Below, piece after piece: positions 29,145 to 43,154 of a DNA stretch of 64,000 nt (its first letter is position 1; each line of letters begins with the position of its first letter). A program made the position numbers and the translations under genes. Source of the DNA: Eledone cirrhosa (lineage: Eukaryota); assembly GCA_964016885.1 (NCBI GenBank), contig OZ024742.1, positions 121,520,001 through 121,584,000 of the forward strand. Direction: 5' to 3'. Below the pieces are notes generated by a model, which saw only the letters and a list, made by a program, of their open reading frames with translations, was not told where the DNA came from and made no database searches.

Positions 29145-31030
29145 TGATTGTCGACTCCCTGTGCACTGCCATCAACCGTCACCAACTCCAAACGTTCATG
29201 GCCTCTTAGGTGGCTTTTAAGTCCGATTTGCACGGTCTGCAGCAAATGTGACAGATAAATGATCTGCTCTCTATTGGATAGATTGGGTCAGTTTGTGGAT
29301 GTCATCCTTATGTACCCTCATTTGCCTTTTAAGACCAGAGATTGATTTGCAGATCATTATGCACACCACATGTTGTCTCACCTAGCATTGGGGGAGTAGA
29401 GTTGCATACAGTTGGCTTTTATGTGATTTTAAATGAGTGATAAACCCAGATTTAGAGAGTAGTAAACTACCACACACCTCACAAATCCAGCTCCCCATGG
29501 TTTTATTGAGGTTCATACTGTAGCCCTTTCGAAGCTGACGTTTAAGTTTTTCAAGGTCAAGACGTTCTCTTCAAATATTCTGCAACCTTCCTTCACATGT
29601 CCTCTCCATTCACCCCTCTTTAAAGCAAGTACTTCCCAGTTCTGAACTTCAAACTCTAGATCTTTAAGGTTGTTTTTTTATACAATTTTTGTATCTCTTT
29701 TTTTGGTTTGTGTTGAGGGCGTTTACCAGTGTGCAACTGACTGTAAAATAGTTGTTTTGGGAGTTTTTCCTCATTCATGCGCACAGCATTTCCTATCCAA
29801 CGCATTTGAGAGGATATGATGGTAGATTCAATGCTCGTGCAACCAGCATCTATAAGGATTTGCGTCAGGTATTTGTTGTTGCCATTTGATGTTTAGGATT
29901 CGTCTTAAACACCTTTGATTAAAGTGTTTAAGCAAATTAAGGTGTCTACGATGTACTGTCCACGTTTCCGAAGAGTACAACAGAGCACTCAGAATGCAGG
30001 CCTTGTACACACTAACCTTGGTCTTAATATTGATACCATTATCCACCCACACTCTCATTTCAGAGGCCCTCTGAATGCGCAGGTGTATTTCTTCCTCCAG
30101 TGAACCATCCCTCGACAATGCACTACCCAAATAAACTAAAGTATCAACTACACCCAACCTAATTCAATGCACCATTATATTTGGCTCAATATGTGCTTCC
30201 CCTGGTGATGGGGGTGAACATTACCTTGTTCTTTTTTAGATTAATGTTCATACCAATGGCATTACAAGAAGCTGCAAAACAATCCATGATGTGTCTCATG
30301 TCATTTTGAGAGCGAGCCAGAAAGTCAACATCGTCTGCTTACAGGAGTTCTCTAATTAATATTTGGAACACCTTGGATTTGAAATTGGTTAAAAGAATAG
30401 GTCAAAGATTCTTCTTGTAGTTCTAACTTTCAATGGAACACCCTTTGTACAGTTCTGGAATGCATGAGGCAGTATCACAGCAAAAAATATTAAAAACTGT
30501 GTGGGAGCCGGGATATCTACCTGCTTCATGCCATTATCAACTGAGATATTGGACAATTCTCCATTCAAGACAACCCGCGTCTTCATATTTCCGTGCAGCC
30601 GGGCGAACATATCACCCTATTTTCCCGAGTATTTTCCACAGTGCACCTCTGTTCACCGTATCAAAGGCCTTTGCCAGATCAACAAACACCTGATACAGAG
30701 CAACCCGTTGCTCAATACATTTGTCCTGTATCTGCCTTGCAGAGAATATCATATCAATCGTCCCTCTACCAGATCTAAATCTACTTTGTGGTTCAGGGAT
30801 TACTGTAGGACAAATGTCCTCCATTAACCTGTTCAACAATAATCTAGCAAGAACTTTGCCCACAGACTCCAACAAAGTGATGCCATGATAGTGATCGCAA
30901 ATTCCTTTATCACCTTTACCTTTAAACAAGGTCACCAAGATAACATATATCCAATCTTGTGATATAGGAGCGCCAGCCCAGCACTATGTGATCAGATGGA
31001 GTATTGTTTGTGTTTGACCGGCCTTCTGTT
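29145..31030 (-). mobile_element. Degenerate RTE (BovB-like) LINE with RT and C-terminal Cys/His motifs
   Basis: GITLLESVGKVLARLLLNRL, GRGTIDMIFSARQIQDKC, VFVDLAKAFDTVNR, YLGS, LLYSSETW. Confidence 0.9.
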
Positions 31031-31180
31031 GTTATTTTAATGAATACTTAACTCCGTTCCTGCACCAGCCACTGGACACCACATCTACGTTGGATATTTG
31101 CATAACGCTGAGTGCTTTAGCTAATTTGTTGTATCATTGTTTACCAACCCGAACCACCAGTCCTACCCATTGGTAATCAG

Positions 31181-31251
<71 letters not shown>

Positions 31252-31257
31252 AATATA

Positions 31258-31908
31258 TATACAAATGAATATATGATAGGGATAAACACTGATACAAGTA
31301 TACATGTGTTTGCATTGCAAATGACCAAGTTAGCTAGATTGAAAAATACTAATTAAAATAATACGGTTTGCCTGTCTCGATTTAAAATAATAAATCAATA
31401 AAAACAAACCTATATTGGCAATAGCCGTCATACCTGGACAAATTCAAATTTTAAATTTTAAATTTGTTTCGCAACAATTAATTGAAATTTCCTATTCCTG
31501 TGCTCTTCTGCAGGTATCCAGAAATTGGTAAGTTTCACTTCAAAATACTTAAGAAGACTGAGAGAAATGTGTTGTTGAACGCACATGTGTCCCAGCGTCT
31601 AGCCCGTAGTATACTCGTGCCGCTAAAAATAGCAGCCGGTTTTATGGGGCTAAAAATTAGCTCAACGCATGGAGCCGAGAATATTATATATAGAGTTATG
31701 AAATATTAAAATTTAAAATTTGAATTTGTCCAGGTATCACGGCTATTGCCAATATAGGTTTGTTTTTATTGATTTATTATTTTAAATCGAGACAGGCAAA
31801 CCGTATTATTTTAATTAGTATTTTTCAATCTAGCTAACTTGGTCATTTGCAATGCAAACACATGTATACTTGTATCAGTGTTTATCCCTATCATATATTC
31901 ATTTGTAT
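31258..31908. mobile_element. Fold-back element with arms of about 200 bp and a hammerhead
   Basis: 31258-31460 inverted with 31705-31908; diverged relative at 32610-32895. Confidence 0.85.
31430..31517 (-). ncRNA. Hammerhead-like motif, CAGAAGA core, long stem III
   Basis: atacctg CAGAAGA gca...tgc GAAA caaatttaaa..tttgaatttg TC caggtat; perfect 7-bp stem I. Confidence 0.7.
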
Positions 31909-32019
31909 TACACGGCTCAGAAATATCCCTTTCTTTGAGCTATTTAATTGTAAAAGACTATTTGAGTTTATAACTCTATATATAAATATATATATATATG
32001 TATGTATACACACACACAC

Positions 32020-32054
<35 letters not shown>

Positions 32055-32139
32055 TATATGTATGTATGTGTGTGTGTATACACATATATGTATATATATA
32101 TATGTGTGTGTATATATATGCATATATATATACACACAT

Positions 32140-32429
32140 ATCATCTTAGTTAAGAGAGTGGGACTGGCTTTGTGCAGTGCCTTTGCTCACTATAAAAGCT
32201 TCACGGCACAGGCATTGCTTTATATCTGGAGATCTCTTTGCTCTTGTTGTTACATGGTACCATGGGCCCAGCACTATGTGTCAATAATTGTCGAAAGTGT
32301 AGTGTTTGTACCAGAGTTTACAAGTTGCTGGCTGGACTAAAAAGTCACACTCGTTCAGCGCATCGGTAGGGGTTCTCCTACATGGATATAAAGTAGTGGC
32401 CATACTCGAAAACGAGTTGGCAGCCACCA
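32140..32429 (-). mobile_element. Unclassified interspersed repeat of about 290 bp
   Basis: Highly similar inverted copy at 48924-49213; begins ggtggctgcc, ends gatgat. Confidence 0.75.
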
Positions 32430-32469
32430 TATATATACACACACATATACATATATATGTATATATATG

Positions 32470-32610
<141 letters not shown>

Positions 32611-32917
32611 GAATAAGCAAGAGAGATGAACACTAATATAAACATACATGTGTTCGAATTGTAAGGACCAAATTTGCTAGGGTGAAAAAATACTAACTAC
32701 GGCAATATGGTTTGTTATCCTCAACTTTAAATATAAAATTAAGAAAAATAAAAAAAAATAACAGACCCATATTGGGCAACAGACCCATATTGGGCAAAAC
32801 GCTTGGTAACAACGAGACAGTGTTGGAGACTGTATCGCAGCTTTTTTCTTAGAGCTATTTAATTGTAAGAGACTACTCTGAGTTCTTAACTCAATATATA
32901 TATATATATATATATAT

Positions 32918-33118
32918 ATAACAAAGGAATTGTGGTAAGGAACCAGATGGACCATAACGCACCAGAGTACTCAATTCTTAGGGTAGTAGAGTGGGAAATA
33001 GGAAAAAGTATGACCCCAACGGCAGAGCTCAAGCCATTTCGACGGGTATTTCTGGACTGTTCAGAAATAGCCGTCGAAACGGATTGAGCCCTGCCGTCGG
33101 GGTCATACTTTTTCCTAT
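32918..33118. mobile_element. Family F fold-back element with HHR 3' half
   Basis: Hairpin 32998-33118 containing GAAA cgg...ccg TC ggggtc. Confidence 0.85.
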
Positions 33119-33119
33119 A

Positions 33120-33152
<33 letters not shown>

Positions 33153-33221
33153 GTATATACTATATATACTATAGTACACATTTCTATTTGGTATTTACAC
33201 ACACATACACACGTTTGCCTG

Positions 33222-33287
<66 letters not shown>

Positions 33288-33396
33288 TATACATACATAT
33301 ATATATACATATATATATATATACATATACATATATATATATACATATAAATATATACATATATATACATACATATATATACATATAAATATATAC

Positions 33397-33450
<54 letters not shown>

Positions 33451-33497
33451 ACATATAGATATACACATATATTTTTTTTACATACATATATATATAC

Positions 33498-33528
<31 letters not shown>

Positions 33529-33603
33529 CATATATATACATATATATATACATACATATATATATATACATATATATACATATATATATATACATATATA
33601 TAC

Positions 33604-33683
<80 letters not shown>

Positions 33684-33694
33684 GTATATATATG

Positions 33695-33739
<45 letters not shown>

Positions 33740-33784
33740 ATATATATGTATATATATGTATATATATATATATGTATATATATG

Positions 33785-33815
<31 letters not shown>

Positions 33816-33851
33816 GTATGTAAAAAAAAAATATATGTGTATATCTATATG

Positions 33852-33900
<49 letters not shown>

Positions 33901-33957
33901 GTATATATTTATATGTATATATATATATGTATATATATATATGTATATATATATGTG

Positions 33958-34045
<88 letters not shown>

Positions 34046-34072
34046 TATATGTATATGTATATATATATATAT

Positions 34073-34690
34073 TTCGTTTCTGAATTTGTTTAGCAAGATT
34101 TTTTATCTGAAATCGTGTGTTGAAACCGATATTGTTATACTTTGGGAGGGTCATGTTGCCAATAAGAAACACACGCACCAGTTGCTTTCACTTCAATTTA
34201 TTATATATTTATAAATTTACAAATCTACAAACTTATAAATTATAAATTTCTGGTTGGTTGGTTGGTTCCACAACCAGATAGTTGTTTATATATATAGTCA
34301 TAGTCCTTTCGTCACACACTCTGTGACCTCTTCATTAAATAAATAAACAAATAGAAAAATGAACACAAACACACACAGACACCCGGATGTGGCACATGCG
34401 CAAACTGAGCACACAACACACACACAGAAATAAAATGGCGTAGGATAGAAGAAAGAAAAGGCACAGAAACGAAGAAAGGAATCCCCAGTCACTGAAGAGG
34501 TCACAGAGTGTGTGACGAAAGGACTATGACTATATATATAAACAACTATCTGGTTGTGGAACCAACCAACCAACCAGAAATTTATAATTTATTAGTTCGT
34601 AGATTTGTAAATTTATAAATATATAATAAATTGAAGTGAAAGCAACTGGTGCGTGTGTTTCTCATTGGCAACATGACCCTCCCAAAGTAT
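34073..34690. mobile_element. Fold-back element with hammerhead at 34487-34531 (+)
   Basis: agtca CTGAAGA ggtcacagagtgtgtgac GAAA ggac TA tgact; arms about 34137-34335 and 34493-34690. Confidence 0.85.
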
Positions 34691-34742
34691 ATCAATATAT
34701 ATATATATATATATATGTATATACATATATATATGTATATAC

Positions 34743-34820
<78 letters not shown>

Positions 34821-37091
34821 CAGGCAAACGTGTGTATGTGTGTGTAAATACCAAATAGAAATGTGTACTATTGTTGTTATGTAGCTGCAGGTCTGAGACT
34901 GAAGCCAATGAACTATATAAACGTTCTTGGTATCGTCATGAACCAATTCTTATATTTATGTTCAACTAATGATGTCAATTTGAGATTGGTTTACTTAATG
35001 TCTGGGAAATTTAGGTTGAGCATACATCTGTATGGTTGTATACTGCCTTTACACATATGTGTATATGTGGGTATATCTATCTATCAATTTACACGCACAT
35101 TTTATATTTATATGGTTGTGTGATTAAAGAGTTTGCTACGCAGCCGCGTAGTTTCGAGTACACTGCAACTGTGTGGTACATTGAGCAAGTTGACTAATTC
35201 CTTAACAATGAATGTTCGAAACAATGAGGAAGCCCGTCAACACACACACCCACACACACATATAACACGCACACACACATACACACACAACATAGACACA
35301 CACACACACACTCACACACGCACAGACACACACACACAGTCACACACGCAAACATACACTCACAAACACGTGTAGGGTGTACTAGATACCTCTCCCAGTC
35401 TGCCATGGCTTACTAGCTTAATACAGAATCTAAATTGATTAAATAGATATTGAAAAAACAGGAACCTCTTCGATTCTATTCTCTGAATCGAATGATAGAC
35501 AATATGATTTATTTCTCGTGACATTTGAATAGATAGATGATGAAAGATCATATCCAAGATAGAATGTTACCAACATTGCAAACCAATGAAGCAGGCATCC
35601 ATTTTCCTATGATACCGCTGATATTTAGTATATTACAGTAAATAACCATAAGTACTTCGACTGAGTATTGTGGTATTTAAATGTCTTAATCATTGATATT
35701 ACAAAATCCTTGTAGGAGAGCATGGACGGCATTATTCCCACACATACATCTGTAAGCATAATTCTGTCTAACATAGGCATAAGGCCAGTTTGATGGAGGG
35801 GAAGAGGGAAAGTTGATTATATTAATCAAAGTACTTAACAAGTATTTCATTCCCCCGTAAAGCACCGAAGCAATTACTGTTAAATATTTGTCCGACACTC
35901 TAACAACTCTGTCAATCCACTATCCTCCATAACTGTAAACATAATACTAGTATTTCAAAAATAACAATAGACTCCCAGGCTTTGTGCTGTGTCACATAAT
36001 TATTACAGCCGATTAAATGGCAAATCTACACCACCAGAAGGTGGCGTATTGGCAGAGTCTATAGAGCGACGGATTAAAAATGCCTCGGTATTTGTTCTGA
36101 ATTTTTGAGCTCTGAGTTCAAATTCTGCCGATGTCAACTTTTTCTTTCATCATTTCAAGTTCGATAAATAGAATACCAGTCCAGTTACGGGGCAGCTTCT
36201 TCACATCCCTCCCTTTCTTCCCGCCCCTCTTTCTGGAAAAAATTTGGCGGTGTCCATTCCTGGAGAGGAATGGGCTCCTCAAAGTTTAATGTTGCTAAAA
36301 TACGCCGTATATTACGACGGCGTCCCTACGATTCCAGGAAGAGTTAATGGCCTTTTACTTTTACAACAACACCAGGTTAATTATTCCACACATCGACGAG
36401 TATAAGCACAATATGTCTGAGAGAACATGTATTCTTCGAACCACTCAGAAATTCATCAGACGTAATTCGGTTGGAATCATATTTGTATAACTGTTACATT
36501 TGCAAGTTCCCTTTAAGAGTTATAATAGCAAATTTGGCTTAGATGGAGCATCATTAGAAGTAGTTTATTATTAATCCACATGTTAAGTAATGCACACATA
36601 TATATGTATATAATATATATATTCACACACACACACACACATATATATACGTATATAAATACATACCTCACACATACATATATATATTCATATATACATA
36701 CTCACACACACACACATATATATATATACACATACTTTTATAGATATATATCTTTGTACACATATACACACATGCACACACACACATATACACATTTAAA
36801 TGTACATATACATTTACTCAAGTATATAACTGTGTGTGTGTATGTGTGTATTTGTGTGCAGGCGTATGTGTGAATGTTTGCGTATAGGAAGATATGAAGA
36901 GTTGCTGCAATAGTGTTGTGTTTGCACATTTTGTTATGGATGTATGGTGTAGAGATTCGTGTTTTAGAATTGCTTGAAGCTACTTTAAGCAGGTCTTTCA
37001 ACACCTTATCCGCTTGCTTTAGGAGTTTTTATCCATACACCTCTCTCCACGAACACACACACACGCACACGCGCTCACACGCACTCACACA

Positions 37092-37173
<82 letters not shown>

Positions 37174-37511
37174 TAATATATATAAACAATATAAATATAT
37201 ATATAAAATATATATAATATATATATATATTTACATTATATATATATACACACATAACATATATATACATAATATATATATAAATGTATATATATATATA
37301 TGTATATATAAGTATGTATACGTACATAAATATATGTATACAGACGTACAGTAGTATGTATATATATACATACATGCACACATATATATGTACGTATGGA
37401 TTTACCGAACATTTATTATAATGTTCGGTTTGTTTGTAAACAAACATCCCGAACTAAGCCGTACAGTGTTTAGCAACCATCGTTGCCCTTTTGTTCAACA
37501 CTAACAAAGGA

Positions 37512-37554
37512 ACGATGTACTAGTTTCAAGCTTATTAGCTATCGTCAGCACCGT
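37512..37554 (-). ncRNA. Minimal type I hammerhead ribozyme
   Basis: acggtg CTGACGA t agct aata agct t GAAA ctag TA catcgt. Confidence 0.85.
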
Positions 37555-37698
37555 ATACCTTCCTGGCAGATGATTGAACGTCTGAAAGTATATACATTCC
37601 TTATTCATACTAACGTCTGAGCAGCCTAATTTGCATATCGAGTGAGTTAATATATATATATATACATACATAATATATATAATATATATATATATACA

Positions 37699-37755
<57 letters not shown>

Positions 37756-37763
37756 AATATATA

Positions 37764-37817
<54 letters not shown>

Positions 37818-38190
37818 TGTATATATATATATATTATATATATATATTAGATGTATATATATATATTAACTCACTCGATATATAGATATAGACAAATATA
37901 TATCTAATATATATATATGATATATAGTATACGTATATAAAATATAATATAAAAACAAATAACGAAACGAAATTAAATTTCGTTTCGTTTGTAACTCACT
38001 TTTGTATGACTGACGCTTAAACAATTAAGTTAAAAATGTACATCCACATATGTATACTGAAATACTAATTTGCATAGAGCGTGAGTACTCACGCTCTATG
38101 CAAATTAGTCTGCCCACTACTAATTTTCATAGAAAAAGCATATAACGATATGTGCTTTTACGATTCTCTAGAAAGGCCGGAAGATAGGTA

Positions 38191-38235
38191 AATATTGCTG
38201 ATGAGTTGTAACAACAACGAAACTAGTTCAATATT
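38191..38235 (+). ncRNA. Minimal type I hammerhead ribozyme
   Basis: aatattg CTGATGA gttgt aaca acaac GAAA ctag TT caatatt; lies between inverted repeats about 38025-38075 and 38403-38454. Confidence 0.85.
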
Positions 38236-38495
38236 CCTTGTCTGGCTTTCTGGAGAATAGAGGAAAGGTGTTTCCTCAAAAACCAGTATGACTCTAAAAA
38301 CCGGTTTGTCTGTGTGTTTACATACAGAATAGCTGGACACTCACAGTAAAGTGACCAGTGAAAAACTCGGTACATCTACATATGTATACGTGTGTGTATT
38401 CATATGCATACTAGTATTTCAGTATACATATGTGGATGTACATTTTTAACTTAAATATAATATACATATATATATAATATATATACTGTATATAT

Positions 38496-38611
38496 AATTG
38501 TTTCTACTTTTGGCACACGACCAGCAAATACCCAGTGTATTACTGGTACTTTATTTTATCGACCCCGTAAGGATGAAAGGCAAAGTTAACCTTGGCGGGA
38601 TTTGAACTCAG
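38496..38611 (-). mobile_element. SINE family 2, truncated
   Basis: Family 2 body sequence. Confidence 0.85.
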
Positions 38612-38649
38612 ATATATAGCACAATTATACACATGCACACAATGAATCC

Positions 38650-38822
38650 TCTTTTACTCTTTTACCTGTTCCAGCCATCCGGTTGAGGCCATACCTGGGT
38701 TCCGCCCTTTTATCTGTAGCATGTTTTGTTTGACCATTGGTTGGCCGTTGGTTGGCCAAAAGTTCGTTACTGCTGCCCTTAGGTTATGTTCGTACCGTAC
38801 TGTGATCTCATCTGGGATCCTA
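38650..38822 (-). mobile_element. CR1/L2-type LINE 3' end
   Basis: RIPDE..NLRAAVTN; similar to 47200-47372. Confidence 0.75.
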
Positions 38823-39129
38823 AACAATATAAATATATATGTAATATATACATACATTATATATATATATATATATAACCTGAGGTATATGATTTTTAAT
38901 GCGATGAAATACCAATGATGGTTGGCAAATCACTGACGAGGGACTAATTTTATAATATGTAACTCATGTGCAACCACGCAGTATTCCTCTTTCTTCTCTT
39001 CTTTTTTATACATATTTACCTCGGCTGCGTTTGTCAGTTTCTCTCTTTCCCAGTCTACTACCCTAAGTATTGAGTACTTTGGTGCGTTATGGTCCACCTG
39101 GTTCCTTTCCACATTTCCTTCGTTATATA

Positions 39130-39880
39130 TATATATATCCTCTCTTCCGACCAACCCAACCACGGATTACACACATTGGACATCGCTCCCACGAATCAAC
39201 TCCATCACAAGGAAAATATCCGACATCCCACCACATCCTCTACGCAACTACCTTAGGAACTTACCCACGGACATACACTCACAAAAATTCTTTTTTCCCA
39301 CACGCCACCTACATCCACAATACGTATAAACACCACACACACGTGCGTACCCCCACATATTTACTCACTCAATCTCCGGAATCCCCCCTCTGATCACTCC
39401 CCACACATGCACACACCTACCTACACTCCACCCCACACACACCTTTTCCTGAACATGGAACCTCGTTCCTCCCCTAACTCTCACATTCACATACACACAC
39501 ACACACACGTACACCTACACATACACACCATCTTCAGCCCTCCCCGCTCGGACACCCCGCCTCCCTCTCCCCACTCCACCCGCCATCACCCCTACAGGCC
39601 CCACACCCTTCCACCACTTGTTTATCTTCATGTTTATTTTTATTATTTTTTATATTTATTTTCATTTGTACCCCTTCCACCGTTTCCTCACCCCCCATTG
39701 TTTTGTAAATGTCTCTCCCCCAGTCCCCCACACACTCTTGTAACTCTCTTCCCACACACTTTTCGCCTGAAGAAGGGCTTATGCCCGAAACGTTGTCCCC
39801 CCCCCACTCTCAAGAGCGTGAAACTAATAAATCTTTGTTCGTACTGCCTCTCTGTTTTGTTCCCGTTCCATTTTTCACTA
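39130..39880 (+). mobile_element. Penelope-like 3' region with hammerhead core at 39767-39797
   Basis: C-rich tract, then CTGAAGA a gggc ttat gccc GAAA cgttg TC; stem I not evident. Confidence 0.5.
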
Positions 39881-39889
39881 TATATATAT

Positions 39890-39983
39890 ATAACGTTGAA
39901 AGAGATAGAAGGTTAAACAATGCAAAATGGACTGTTAGATGAGGTAACTAAAAGTAAAAGTAAGTTACTTGGTAATCTTTGTT

Positions 39984-40015
<32 letters not shown>

Positions 40016-40797
40016 CTTTTATCTGTCCAATATTTCGGGACCTAAAAGTCCCTTCTTAAAGGTTTAAGGAACTTTCAGTGGATAATGTTCCAATTTCCTC
40101 TCTTTGGGATTAACATTTTTTCCAAGCCGTTTTAAAGCGTTTTTCTGAAACAACAACAGTCTATGCTCGCTGACTAACTGCCCTATCCACCATACAGGTA
40201 TGTGCCAGCGAACACATGTGGTATACCGGATTAAGTGCAACAAATGTAAGGAGTTCTACATTGGAAGCACGACTCGAGCACTCCACACTTGCATTAAATA
40301 ACATCTCAACACACACGTATCCTCATTCAAACAAGACATTGACAAATGTAGAAACATCAACCAACATTACCGTTACTATTAAAGCCAGTGATAGAAATGT
40401 GGGCAACTTAAGAATTAAGAAAGCCTTGTTCATACATAGACTCAACCCGCAAATAAATAATAGATTAGAATTCACCACACAGTACTTGACATAAAATGTC
40501 ACATCCACGGTCACACAAATTAAACATCTCATACAAAAAAGAAAATTGATTTCGCGAAATACTATACTGGCAATGACGTCATTCACGTGGAAAGCAAAAT
40601 ACCCCCCCCCCCCCAAAAAAAAAAATGACATAGAAAAACATTTAAATGAAAATCAAAATATAATCCCAAAGAGAAGAAATTAGAACATTATCCACTGTCT
40701 GTTCCTTAAATCCTGAAGAAGGGATTTTAGGGCCCGAAATATTAGACAGATAAAAGAGTCCATTTTGCATTATTTAACCTTCTATCTCTTTCAACGT
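39890..40797 (+). mobile_element. Penelope-like element: GIY-YIG remnant with inverted pseudo-LTR
   Basis: CQRTHVVYRIKCNKCKEFYIGSTTR...LRIKKALFIHRLNPQINNR; 39890-40120 inverted with 40655-40797; HHR core CTGAAGA...GAAA tat TA at 40713-40744. Confidence 0.85.
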
Positions 40798-40886
40798 CAT
40801 ATATTATACACAATGATTCAAGCAAACTACAACATTTTATTTCATATATATATATATATAATATATTTATTAAAATAACAGATTAA

Positions 40887-40937
40887 AGTTTAAGCAACGA
40901 ATCGCTGCTTTCATCCTTAACGGGATCTTCTGAAACT
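40887..40937 (-). ncRNA. Hammerhead-like motif, CAGAAGA core, long stem III (element 40866-41320)
   Basis: agttt CAGAAGA tcc cgttaa gga t GAAA gcagcga t tcgttgc TT aaact. Confidence 0.6.
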
Positions 40938-41317
40938 AAAAAATCAATCTGTGAACGCAGAAGTAAATATTTCGAAAAACGTTGCAGCCGAAGGAAGGCA
41001 GGAAGACGATACTTTGGTTCATGGAAACGGAAAAGAACGGGAAAAAAATGTAAATAATAAGTCGTAATTAGGAGCGGTGAAAACAATTACACGCAAAGAC
41101 AAAACCGTATTACTTTCGTTTTTTTTTTCGTTCTTTGCCAGGGAACATTTCCACGAACCAAAGTATCGTCTTCCTGTCTTCCTTCAAAGCGATTCTTTGC
41201 TTAAACTTTAATCTGTTGTTTTAATAAATATTTGCTCTACGGTTCTTATATATTCGATATATATTTATCCTTAACGAGCCCTCTTTGGATTTTAGTATTC
41301 AAATTTATTATTATTAC

Positions 41318-41418
<101 letters not shown>

Positions 41419-41452
41419 TGTATATATATGTATATATATATATATGTATATA

Positions 41453-41523
<71 letters not shown>

Positions 41524-41524
41524 G

Positions 41525-41599
<75 letters not shown>

Positions 41600-41873
41600 C
41601 GAGAGTAAACCAATCTTAAAGAAATAGGAGAGGAGAAGAGAAATTGGTGAAGCCAAAAGCGTAAAGGCATGTGTTTGATGTGCAATATGCAGTAGAAGGC
41701 AGCTAGAGGGCTGTGTTCATGCAAAGATTAGGTGCACAGAGCTGGAAATATTCATTAGTTAAGCAAAACAAGACCACAAAATTCACAAGGGAGACGTTAG
41801 CTAAAGAGTGTCAATATATTTACAGTTTAATGTAAGGAATAAGAAGTGTAATTATAGTTTAATGTAAGGAATA

Positions 41874-42070
41874 ATAATTGTTTCTACTTTTGGCACAAAG
41901 CCAGCAATTATCCCAGTGCGTGACTGGTACTTTATTTTATCGACCCCGTAAGGATGAAAGGCAAAGCTAACTTCGGCGGGATTTGAACTCATATCATAAA
42001 CGGCCATAACTCTAGGCTGCAAGGCATGGCGTCCGACACTCTACTGATACTGCCAATTCACCGCCCTTAA
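41874..42070 (-). mobile_element. SINE family 2
   Basis: Full copy; others at 42930-43098, 43845-44033, 59912-60100, 60252-60438 and 61984-62096. Confidence 0.9.
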
Positions 42071-42579
42071 ATCCACCACCTATTAATGATAGAAATGAGA
42101 TAACTATTAACTGTCACCATCGAAGGGCAAATTCCTTCGCCAACAGAATATTTAACCCAACATAGTCATCAAATCTCGTCATTACATATAGCTAGCATGT
42201 TAAATATTTAACTCAGACTTGGATAATTATAAGTTACCTCCCCTACATTGTTTCACATTAAAGCCTATTAGAATTTCTTAGTTATAAATTACCTAGGAAT
42301 TTAACTTTTCAAGGAGTTACCTCCCTTGAAACCCGTCTCTAATTAGTAAGGTAAATTTCCGAAAGTGGCCATTTTATTACGCATAGGCAGATCGTGCTCA
42401 ATACAGCCTCGATAGAAGCCTAATGCTTGCTTATAGAAGACATTTGACACATCCGGGACCCTTTCGTGAAATACCAATATATGTAACATCACATTCCCGT
42501 AATCACCTTACTTTACTTTATTTTATATTCCTTATTCCATCTTTTCCTTATCAATATTTTCGTTATCTCATTTGAAGTG

Positions 42580-42694
42580 CTGAAGAGCTGCTCCATTATT
42601 TTACCTAAGTTACTTATCTTCATCTGAACCAGATCAATAATGATCTATAATCAATTGATCCAGAAAGATTATATGGAGTAGCGAAACAATCGTA
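42580..42694 (+). ncRNA. Hammerhead core with 10-bp stem II and a large loop; stem I not evident
   Basis: CTGAAGA gctgctccat...atggagtagc GAAA caatcg TA; lies between inverted arms 41747-41878 and 42702-42835. Confidence 0.5.
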
Positions 42695-42869
42695 AAAAGA
42701 CATTATTATTCCTTACATTAAACTATAATTACACTCCTTATTCCTTACATTAAACTGCAAATATGTTGACACACTTTAACTAACGTCTCCCTTGCGAATT
42801 TTGTAGTCTTGTTTTGCTTAACTAATGAATATATTTATATATATATATTATATATATATAATATATATA

Positions 42870-42917
<48 letters not shown>

Positions 42918-43099
42918 TAATAATAATAAAATTGAAGGGCACAAGGCCAGCAATTACCAAGTGCATTACTGGTACTTTTTTTATCGAACCCGTAAGGATG
43001 AAAGGCAAAGTTGATCTCGACGGGATTTGAACTCAGGTCGTAAAGGGACGTAACTATGCTGGAAAGCATGGCGTCTGACCCTCTACCGATACTGCCAGT

Positions 43100-43132
<33 letters not shown>

Positions 43133-43154
43133 ATACATATATAATATATATATA

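Noticed and set aside
30976-30990. 15-nt match gcccagcactatgtg to the 32140 repeat
   Set aside because: It lies within RTE coding-like sequence and is probably coincidental
36410-36470. CTGATGA on the minus strand as a hammerhead
   Set aside because: No GAAA box and no convincing stems I or II
38925-38950. ctgacgagggac core-like sequence
   Set aside because: No downstream stem II partner or GAAA
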